Source: Planctomycetota bacterium
Lineage (GTDB): Bacteria; Planctomycetota; B15-G4; SIAN01
Reading direction: 5' to 3'
Assembly (NCBI GenBank): GCA_031409275.1
Contig: JANNXA010000040.1
Location: 64,001 to 128,000, forward strand
Length of the DNA: 64,000 nucleotides
The position numbers and the translations under genes were made by a program. This document shows, piece by piece, positions 41,802-49,508 of the stretch (position 1 is its first letter; every line of letters starts with the position of its first letter). Below the pieces are notes generated by a model. That model searched no databases and was not told where the DNA came from. It saw nothing but the letters and a program-made list of their open reading frames with translations.

Positions 41802-44144
41802 GTGATTCGCAATTGGATGGCGGTGCTCGCACTCACGGTGTCCGCGTTCGCCGCTGGCGACGACCGCATCGACACGATCCTGGCCCGAGTCGAGAAGGCG
41901 GGCCCCTCCGGAGCCTGCGATGGCGCGCGTGAACTCGTCGAGCTCGGCGCCGCAGCCCGAGCGGAGATTTCCGCCCGTCTGCCGAAGGGCACGGCGCTGG
42001 CGCGAATCACGATCGGCAAGGCGCTGATCGAACTCGATGAGCTCGATGCGGCGCGCGATGCGCTGGTGCAGGTGGTCGAGGATGGCGCGACGGCCGGCCC
42101 GACCCGCAACGTCGCCGTGCAGATGCTCGGCATCACCGACTTCGCCGCCGACGAGCGCGTGGTCAAGCTGCTCCGGTCGCGCCTCGACGCCGAGCTCGAC
42201 CCGATCAGCAAGCTCGCGGTCGCCAAGGCGCTCCACAGCGTCAGCAACGCCGACCGGCCACGCTGCACCAAGGAGATGGAGCGAGCGCTCGAATCGGAGC
42301 GCAGCGACGTTCGCATCCAGGGCGCGCTCGCGCTCGCCGAGATCGGCGCGATCGAGAAGGCTGCACCGGTCCTGAAGAAGCTGCAGCGCGACCCTTCGCC
42401 GGAAGGACGCCTGGCCGTCGCCTACCTCGAGAAGGACAAGGCCGCCCGTCTCAGCGAGTCGCGGATGCGCAGTCGACCGCGCGGCGACGAGTTTGCGCCG
42501 GGCTCCGACCTCGACCTGCTGCAGGAGATCCTCGATCGCCTGCTCGAACGCCATGTGCAAGGCAAGGACTACCGCACGCCCGAGTTGCGCGAAGAGCTCA
42601 TCGAGGCGGCCGCCGACGGAATGATGCGGCGGATGGACCCGCACTCGAACTTCTTCACTCAAGCCGAGCACGAGCGCTGGAACCTCGACCTGCAGCGCGA
42701 CTACGGCGGCATCGGCGCCTACGTCGACCAGGTCGGCGAGGACAAGGTCTTCACCATCACCCGCCCGATCTACAGCGGCCCCGCCTACGAAGCCGGCCTG
42801 CGCAGCCGCGACCAGATCTGGAAGGTCGACGGCTGGGAGACGACCGGCGTCAAGGACATCAACGAGATCATCGGACGACTCAAGGGCCCCGCGAACACGC
42901 CGGTGACCATCACCGTCTTCCGTCGCGGCTGGACCGAACCGAAGGACATGCAGCTGTCGCGGCAGCGCATCATCATCCCGTCGGTTTCGCACGACATGCT
43001 GCCGGGAGACCTCGGCTACGTGGAACTGGTCACGTTCGCGCGCGAGTCTCCTGACGAGATGGTCAGCGCGCTCATCGACTTGAAGCAGCGCGGCATGAAG
43101 GGACTCGTCCTCGACCTGCGCAACAACACCGGCGGATTCCTCGAGGTGGCGCAGATCCTGGTCAGCCTCTTCTGCGGCGACAACAAGCTGGTGGTCCGCA
43201 CCGAAGGTCCCATGCCGCAGGACAACCAGAACTACGACACGCCACCGCTCCCCATCAGCTTCGCCGATCGCGACAAGCTGCCGATGGCCGTCCTGGTCAA
43301 TGACGTGTCGGCCAGCGCGTCCGAGATCCTGACCGGCTGCCTGAAGCACTACGGACGCGCCACCGTGGTCGGCACGCACACCTACGGCAAGGGCTCGGTG
43401 CAGACTCCCATGTCGCCGATCTCGCGCTTCGAACGCTTCACCGACCAGAACGGCAACGGCGAGTACGACCAGGGCGAGCCGTTCAACGACCGCAACGGCA
43501 ACGGGAAGTGGGACATCGGCCCGTACATGAAGATCACCACGGGCCGCTACTTCCTCCCGGACGGCACCACTCCCGATCGCCAGTACGACACCGACGGCCG
43601 CGTGCTGACGCAGGAGATCGACGGCAAGAAGTACATCAAGGGCGGCATCCATCCCGACGTCGTCGTCGAGTTGCGCGAGCCCGACCTGTGGAAGGAGCAG
43701 GAGTTCGCCAAGTTGCTCCTGAAGAGCCCCGATCGCCGGCGCTCCACCGTCTTCCACGGCTACCTCGACGATCACTACGACGCCAACCGCGACCTCTTCC
43801 TCGAGCTCTCTGCCGGCGACCGCCACGACGCCTCTCGCTACCCGGGATTCGACGAGTTCTACGAAGGGCTCGACACGCGGCTCGCGCGTGAAGATGTCCG
43901 CTTCTACCTGCGCCACTATCTGCGCGAACGCGTCTGCGACGATCGCAAGCAGACGTTCCCGGGCCAGGGCTACTTCATCCTGGGCGACTACCAGGAAGAC
44001 AACCAGCTGCAGGCCGCGATCAAGCTGGTGCTGGAGAAGCTCGGCAAGAAGCCCACGGACTTCCCGAGCTACGAGTCGTTCGACGCCAAGGTCGCCGACG
44101 CGCCACCCGCCGCGGAAGCAGCCGCGGGCGGCGGCTCGCACTGA
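41802..44144 (+). CDS. S41 carboxyl-terminal processing protease with N-terminal HEAT repeats and PDZ domain
   Basis: Signal peptide; HEAT-like repeats (DVRIQGALALAEIG); MDPHSNF, YGGIGA PDZ, VLDLRNNTGG, SASASEI (Ser), TYGKGSVQ (Lys), GIHPDV; GTG after GAGGAG. Confidence 0.92.
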   Translation: MIRNWMAVLALTVSAFAAGDDRIDTILARVEKAGPSGACDGARELVELGAAARAEISARLPKGTALARITIGKALIELDELDAARDALVQVVEDGATAGPTRNVAVQMLGITDFAADERVVKLLRSRLDAELDPISKLAVAKALHSVSNADRPRCTKEMERALESERSDVRIQGALALAEIGAIEKAAPVLKKLQRDPSPEGRLAVAYLEKDKAARLSESRMRSRPRGDEFAPGSDLDLLQEILDRLLERHVQGKDYRTPELREELIEAAADGMMRRMDPHSNFFTQAEHERWNLDLQRDYGGIGAYVDQVGEDKVFTITRPIYSGPAYEAGLRSRDQIWKVDGWETTGVKDINEIIGRLKGPANTPVTITVFRRGWTEPKDMQLSRQRIIIPSVSHDMLPGDLGYVELVTFARESPDEMVSALIDLKQRGMKGLVLDLRNNTGGFLEVAQILVSLFCGDNKLVVRTEGPMPQDNQNYDTPPLPISFADRDKLPMAVLVNDVSASASEILTGCLKHYGRATVVGTHTYGKGSVQTPMSPISRFERFTDQNGNGEYDQGEPFNDRNGNGKWDIGPYMKITTGRYFLPDGTTPDRQYDTDGRVLTQEIDGKKYIKGGIHPDVVVELREPDLWKEQEFAKLLLKSPDRRRSTVFHGYLDDHYDANRDLFLELSAGDRHDASRYPGFDEFYEGLDTRLAREDVRFYLRHYLRERVCDDRKQTFPGQGYFILGDYQEDNQLQAAIKLVLEKLGKKPTDFPSYESFDAKVADAPPAAEAAAGGGSH

Positions 44145-44201
44145 GGGCGACGCGCGAACCCGCTGCGACCGCGTCGAGCGCGGCGCAGCGGCGCCGGCAG
44201 C

Positions 44202-44606
44202 TCAGCGCGTCTCGTTCAGCCGCAGCGTCGGGCGATAGCCCCGCTCGAAGGCCTCGCCGAAGTCGAACCCGCCGGCGAAGTCTTCCTTGCGGTCGTGTTC
44301 GCCCTGGTGAAGCAGGTCGTGGTCGATCAGGCTGAAGACGATCTCGCCGAAGTCCGCCGTGCTGTAGACCCCCCAGCTCTCGAAGACGCAGCGGGCGAGC
44401 GGCCCGAAGCGCTCGAGGCCGAGTCGGCGCATTCCTTCGAGGAGTTCCACCACCGCGATGTGGCGCTGCGCCGGATTGGCGCGGCAGCCGGGGTGGGTCA
44501 GGACGTAGTCGAGCGCCTGGAAGACGAACTGGTAGCTCTCAGCGCAGTAGCGCCGATCGGAACGCACCAAGTCGTCGATCTTCGTTTCCAGAGTCAGAGC
44601 GGCCAT
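44202..44606 (-). CDS. Verrucomicrobia/Planctomycetes-restricted conserved protein (Minf_1886-like)
   Basis: RY..ESYQFVFQAL...HI...ELLEG.R..G.ERFGPLA..VF.SWGV.ST.DFGEIVF.LI...DRKEDF pattern recalled for this family. Confidence 0.8.
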   Translation of the reverse strand: MAALTLETKIDDLVRSDRRYCAESYQFVFQALDYVLTHPGCRANPAQRHIAVVELLEGMRRLGLERFGPLARCVFESWGVYSTADFGEIVFSLIDHDLLHQGEHDRKEDFAGGFDFGEAFERGYRPTLRLNETR

Positions 44607-44659
44607 CGGCCATCCTCCGCATCACCGTTGCACGAAGAGACGTTGCTCGTCGTGACGGG

Positions 44660-44825
44660 TGACGCCCACCGCTCCTATCGGCGCTTCGGGAGGATCCGCC
44701 AAGCGGAATCTCTTCCGCTTGCCTGACCATTTGAGGAGCCAACCCAGACGCACCACCGCTGGTGGCTGCCGGCATTGACCCCACTACCGATCGTGGTCGG
44801 CCGCACTTCCGGGAGGTCGTCAGCG
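44660..44825 (-). ncRNA. Candidate structured ncRNA (possibly 6S RNA)
   Basis: Non-coding gap after ricT with nested stems on the minus strand (GACCA/UGGUC; GGGGUCAA/UUGGCUCC with G-U pairs; GCCACC/GGUGGU) and a perfect 9-bp hairpin with GAGA loop at 44700-44721. Confidence 0.35.
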
Positions 44826-44841
44826 CGAACTCAGGCCGCGC

Positions 44842-45876
44842 TCACCCCTCGAGATTGGGGTCACCGGAGCCATCGCCCCCCAACTCGTCGTCCTCATTCG
44901 GAGCGGTTGGCGCGGGTCCGGGACGGTTCGCCTGCTCCTCGATCCGGGCCGGCCCGACCCGAGCGGGACCGACTCGGCGGACGGGCGCACTCTCGGCGCC
45001 GCGATCGCGCGGGTCGAGCATCGGCGGGCGCGGCGGCTTGATTCCGGTCTCGAGCAGCTGGGAGACATGCGCGATCGCCCGTTCGCCGTTTTCGAGCTCG
45101 ATGACGAGCTTCTGCAACAGCAGGTCGCTGTTCACCACGCGGCCGAGCCCCTGCTCGATGCGCACCCACGCGTTGCGGCGCGGGAGCGACTTCTGGAGCT
45201 CGACGTAGACCGAGTCCTCGTAGCGCAGGCAGCATTTGAGCTTGCCGCATTGGCCGGCGATCTTGGTCGGGTCGAGCGTCTTCTTCTGCTGCTTGGCCAT
45301 CCGCATCGAGACCGGCTGCAGGTCGTGCAGGAAGCTCTTGCAGCACAGCTCGCGTCCGCACGACGCGACATCGCCGGTGAGCCGCGCTTCGTCGCGCGCG
45401 CCGATCGGCTTCATCTCGATGCGCGTCTTGAAGCGCTGACCGAGGTCGCGCACGAACTGGTGCAGCTCGGCACGGCTGTTCGAGGCGAAGTGGAGGATCA
45501 GCTTCTCCTTCGCGAACAGGTACTCCGCGCCGACGATCTTCACGCCAAGCCGGTACTCGCGCGACTTCTCGCGCGCGAAGCGGACTTCGGTCATCACGCC
45601 GAGCTTCTTCTGGGCGAGCTCGCGCTGCACCTCGTCGGGAGCCGCGCGACGGACCACCGTCCCCTGCGACGTCGCACACGACCCGCACGCCGATTCGCCG
45701 CAACCTGCCTCGCCCTGTCCATCCTCGATCGGCTTGGCGAGGATCACTCCAAGCTCGGTGCCCCGCGACGATTGGATCACGCAGGTGTCGCCCGCCTTCA
45801 GCTCTTCGCCGGTCTCCACCGTGAAGAGACCGCGCAGCTTGAGGCTGCCGTAGCGAACCGTCGTGAGTCGGCGCAT
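44842..45876 (-). CDS. ricT: PSP1-domain protein (RicT/YaaT family)
   Basis: RGTELG, IEMKPIGARDEAR..G....CGRELCCKSFL, SMRMAKQQ, LDPTKIAGQCGKLKCCLRYE; downstream of holB as usual. Confidence 0.92.
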   Translation of the reverse strand: MRRLTTVRYGSLKLRGLFTVETGEELKAGDTCVIQSSRGTELGVILAKPIEDGQGEAGCGESACGSCATSQGTVVRRAAPDEVQRELAQKKLGVMTEVRFAREKSREYRLGVKIVGAEYLFAKEKLILHFASNSRAELHQFVRDLGQRFKTRIEMKPIGARDEARLTGDVASCGRELCCKSFLHDLQPVSMRMAKQQKKTLDPTKIAGQCGKLKCCLRYEDSVYVELQKSLPRRNAWVRIEQGLGRVVNSDLLLQKLVIELENGERAIAHVSQLLETGIKPPRPPMLDPRDRGAESAPVRRVGPARVGPARIEEQANRPGPAPTAPNEDDELGGDGSGDPNLEG

Positions 45877-45907
45877 CAGAGGAGTCTCTTCGAGGATTCT
45901 TTGGATC

Positions 45908-46993
45908 TCACGCCTCGCCGACCCGCGCGGCCTCGTCGGCTGCCGGCTGCAGCGCGCACCAAAGCACGGACGCGGGATCGACGTTGCCTTCGATCCGGTC
46001 TTGGGCACGCGCCAGGCGAGTGAGCGCCGCGGAGGCGTCGGCCCACTCGGGCCGGCTCGCGATGTGGCGCAGCCGCTCGACCTGGTCGAGGTTGCGGATG
46101 GTAGCGCCGCCTCCGGAGGCCCTCAACACGACGGCGTCGCGAACCAACGAGATCACGAGCCGCAGCAGCAGCCGCGCGCGCGCTCGCAGCTGCGCCGGTT
46201 CGGGCTCTTCCTCCTGCTGCTCATGCAGCAGCGCGATCCAGCGCGCGAGGTCGTCGCGGCCGCGCTCCTCGGCCAGCAGCTGAGCGACCCCCCGGCGCAG
46301 CGCGTCGACGAGCGGCGCCGACCACTCGACCAGGATCCCGGGACAACCCGCGGCGACCGACATCGGCAGCGACGTCGCCAGCCCCAGGCGCGCGGCGACG
46401 GCGTGCACCTCCTCGTCGGCAAGCGGGGTGAGCGCGAAGCGCTGGCAGCGCGAGCGGATGGTCGGCAGCACGGCATCGCCGCGCGCCGCCGTCAACACCA
46501 GGACGTTGCCCGGCCGCGGCTCTTCGAGCGTCTTGAGCAGCGCATCCTGCGCCGGCGGCGTCATCCGATCGGCGCCGAGCAGCAGCGTCACCCGGCCGCG
46601 CTCATCGGGCGGCGCCAGGCTCAAGTCGCGCGAGAGGTTCTGGACCTGCTCGATCGAGATCGCGCTTTTGCCATCGGCGACGGTGACGGTGAGCACGCTC
46701 GCATGGTTGCCGCGCAGCAGCGCACCACAATCGGCGCAAGTGCCGCAGCCGTGCCCGTCGCGGCAGAAGCGCTGGGCGACCAACGCCTGCGCGAGCGTCC
46801 GTTTGCCGACGCCGCGCGGCCCGAGCAGGAGCATCGCGTGCGGCAGCGTTCCCGCCGCGCAGCGCTCCCCGAGGAACTTGCGCAGCGGCGCATGGCCGGC
46901 GACCGCATCGAGCCCGATGGCGGGAGTCGGCGGCGGACCGAAGCGCGGCGGCGGCGACGAGGGCGGCGGCGACTTGGCGGCGGGCGGCGACAT
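45908..46993 (-). CDS. holB: DNA polymerase III subunit delta'
   Basis: PHAMLLLGPRGVGK, C..GCGTCADC zinc module, ISIEQVQ, AQDALLKTLEEP, LPTIRSRCQ. Confidence 0.92.
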   Translation of the reverse strand: MSPPAAKSPPPSSPPPRFGPPPTPAIGLDAVAGHAPLRKFLGERCAAGTLPHAMLLLGPRGVGKRTLAQALVAQRFCRDGHGCGTCADCGALLRGNHASVLTVTVADGKSAISIEQVQNLSRDLSLAPPDERGRVTLLLGADRMTPPAQDALLKTLEEPRPGNVLVLTAARGDAVLPTIRSRCQRFALTPLADEEVHAVAARLGLATSLPMSVAAGCPGILVEWSAPLVDALRRGVAQLLAEERGRDDLARWIALLHEQQEEEPEPAQLRARARLLLRLVISLVRDAVVLRASGGGATIRNLDQVERLRHIASRPEWADASAALTRLARAQDRIEGNVDPASVLWCALQPAADEAARVGEA

Positions 46994-47056
46994 GGCGCGG
47001 AGCATATGATCCGCGCCCCGTTTCGACCCGACACGACCTCGCGAGACGAATCCTCC

Positions 47057-49423
47057 ATGAGCTCGTCCCCCGCCGCTTCCGCCCCGACCTCCTGGCGCCC
47101 GCGCGTCGATCCGACCTCCGAGCAGCTCGCGCAATGGGCGCCGCGCTTCGAAGTGGTGGCCGACGTGATCGACCAGTGCATCGACTTGATGCTGAACCAC
47201 CGCCAGAGCGGCCATCCCGGCGGCAGCCGCTCGAAGATCCCGGTGCTGGTGACGACGCTGCTCTCGGGCGCCATGCGTTGGGACGTGCGCCATCCCGAGA
47301 AGCGCTTCGGCGACAAGTTCGTGCTCGTCGCCGGCCACTGCAATCCAGGCGTCTACGCGACGCTCGCCGTCTTCAACGAAGCGCTGCGCTTCATGCACCA
47401 GAAGACGGGGGATGCGCGCTACTCCCACCCGCTCGGCGAGAAGTTCACGCTGCTGCCGAAAGACCTGCTCGACCTGCGCCGCAATGGCGGCCTACCGGGC
47501 CACGCGGAGATGGAGGGCAAGACCCTCTTCTTCAAGTTCAACACCGGCCCGTCGGGTCACGGCTCACCCGCCGCCGCAGGCGAGGCGCTCGCGCTCAAGC
47601 TCGCCGGCTGCGACGACGTGCGCGTCTTCGCGCTCGAAGGCGAAGGCGGCATGACGGCGGGCGCGATCCACGAGACCAAGAACACCGCCTACGGCCTCGG
47701 GCTCGGCACGCTCTTCTACCTGGTCGATTGGAACGACCACGGCATCGATCCCCACCAGGTGTCGAGCGTCGTGAAGGGCTCGCCCAAGGAGTGGTTCGAG
47801 AGCTACGGCTTCAACGTCGACGGCACGCTGCAGGGCCACGATTTCGCATCGATCGGCGAGGCGTGGCATCGCCTCCTGTCGCGCGCGAACAAGTCGACGC
47901 CGAACATGCTGTGGGTGAAGACGCGCAAAGGGCGCGGCTACGGCGTCTACGACGCCAAATCGCACGGCACTCCGCACGCGAAGAACAGCGCACCGTTCTG
48001 GACCACGAAGAAGGAGTTCGCGGCGCGCCACGGCGTCGAATTCATCGGCGTCGACCAACCGGCGCCCGAGGATGCGAAGGCGTTTCGTGAGCAGACGTTC
48101 GCCAACCTCAACGTCGCGCTCGACGCGCTGCGCGTGAAGCACCCCGAGGTGCTCGAGTTCCTCGCCAATCGGCTCGTCGAGATCGGCGACAGCGTCCCGG
48201 CCGAGAATCCCAACTGCAAAGTCCGCGCGGACGTCGATCCGGGTCGCGACCGCCGCATCCTCGACGTCGACAAGCTTCCCGCCGAGCTCTTCGCCGCGCC
48301 CGGCACCAAGCAGCCCAATCGCGCCGGCTTCAGCAAGTACGGCGGCTACGTCAATGCGATCGCGCAGGAAGTGGCGGGTCGCCCGCTCGTCATCGCCTGC
48401 AGCGCCGACCTCGCCGAATCGACCAACATCTCCGGCTTCGCGCATGGCTACGGCGCCTTCAAGGGCCACGGCTGGTACCAGCGCGACACCAATCTCGGCG
48501 GCGCGCTGCTGCCGCAGGAGATCACCGAGTTCACCAACGCCGGCGTCGTGGCGGGCCTCGCCGTCACCAACCTCTCGCCGCGCCCGTTCGAGGAGTTCCG
48601 CGGCTACTGGGGCGCCTGCTCGACATACGGCTCGTTCAGCTACTTGAAGTACGGCTTGATGCGCCTCTTCTCGCAGGTCGCACAGGACTCGCAGATTCGC
48701 GTGGGCCGCGTCCTGTGGGTCGCCGGCCACTCCGGACCCGAGACGGCCGAGGACTCGCGCACCCACTTCGGCATCTTCGAGCCGGGCGTGACGCAGATGT
48801 TCCCGCGCGGCCACGTGATCAACCTCCACCCGTGGGAGCACAACGACGTGGCGCCCTGCCTCGCCGCCGCGTTCGCCACCGACGTGCCGGTGATCGCGCT
48901 CCATCTGACGCGCCCCGCCGTGACGATCCCCGACCGCGCGAAGCTCGGCATGGACGACTTCCGCATGGCGGCGAAGGGCCTCTACGTCGCGAAGGAGTGG
49001 ACGCCCGGCCAGCCCAAGCAGGGCACCATCCTGGTGCAAGGCACCAGCGTCGTCGACTCGATGATGAAGGTGCTGCCGAAGCTGAAGGAGTCGGGACCCA
49101 ACGTCCGCGTGCTGGTCATCTCGAGCCACGAGCTGTTCCGCCTGCAGCCGCGCGACTACCAGGAGAAGCTGCTTGCGTGGGCCGACTGGCAGGACTCGAC
49201 CGTCTTCAGCTCGAGCAGCCGGAAGAACATGGGCGACTGGCTGCCGAACAAGGTCGCCGAGGAGTACGCGCTCACTCCCGACTGGGACGATCGCTGGCGC
49301 ACCGGCGGCTCGGTGGACGAGATCATCAAGGAGTCGCACCTCGACGCCGCTTCGCTCGAAGCGGGGATCGCCCGCTTCGTCGCCGACCGCGAGCAGCGCC
49401 TCGCTCGCATCCGCGCGGTGTAA
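47057..49423 (+). CDS. tkt: Transketolase-family ThDP enzyme (divergent subtype)
   Basis: SGHPGGS, DKFVLVAGH, LPGHAE, NTGPSGHG, EGEGG..AG...WND, KTRKGRG, SADLAES, EDSRTHFG. Confidence 0.85.
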   Translation: MSSSPAASAPTSWRPRVDPTSEQLAQWAPRFEVVADVIDQCIDLMLNHRQSGHPGGSRSKIPVLVTTLLSGAMRWDVRHPEKRFGDKFVLVAGHCNPGVYATLAVFNEALRFMHQKTGDARYSHPLGEKFTLLPKDLLDLRRNGGLPGHAEMEGKTLFFKFNTGPSGHGSPAAAGEALALKLAGCDDVRVFALEGEGGMTAGAIHETKNTAYGLGLGTLFYLVDWNDHGIDPHQVSSVVKGSPKEWFESYGFNVDGTLQGHDFASIGEAWHRLLSRANKSTPNMLWVKTRKGRGYGVYDAKSHGTPHAKNSAPFWTTKKEFAARHGVEFIGVDQPAPEDAKAFREQTFANLNVALDALRVKHPEVLEFLANRLVEIGDSVPAENPNCKVRADVDPGRDRRILDVDKLPAELFAAPGTKQPNRAGFSKYGGYVNAIAQEVAGRPLVIACSADLAESTNISGFAHGYGAFKGHGWYQRDTNLGGALLPQEITEFTNAGVVAGLAVTNLSPRPFEEFRGYWGACSTYGSFSYLKYGLMRLFSQVAQDSQIRVGRVLWVAGHSGPETAEDSRTHFGIFEPGVTQMFPRGHVINLHPWEHNDVAPCLAAAFATDVPVIALHLTRPAVTIPDRAKLGMDDFRMAAKGLYVAKEWTPGQPKQGTILVQGTSVVDSMMKVLPKLKESGPNVRVLVISSHELFRLQPRDYQEKLLAWADWQDSTVFSSSSRKNMGDWLPNKVAEEYALTPDWDDRWRTGGSVDEIIKESHLDAASLEAGIARFVADREQRLARIRAV

Positions 49424-49437
49424 GCGATCGGCTGCAA

Positions 49438-49477
49438 CGGCGCGCCGCTGACCCACTGCATGGCCAGCGGCGCGCCG
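49438..49477. terminator. Hairpin between convergent genes (probable bidirectional terminator or processing stem)
   Basis: 13-bp perfect inverted repeat CGGCGCGCCGCTG / CAGCGGCGCGCCG with 14-nt loop; no U-tract. Confidence 0.45.
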
Positions 49478-49508
49478 CCGCGAAACTCCGAAGCGAGGCG
49501 GCTCGACC

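Noticed and set aside
41586..44141. 851-aa minus-strand ORF
   Set aside because: Antisense shadow of the S41 protease.
45863..47056. N-terminal 400-aa extension of the transketolase ORF
   Set aside because: Overlaps holB on the opposite strand; transketolase homology starts after ATG 47057.
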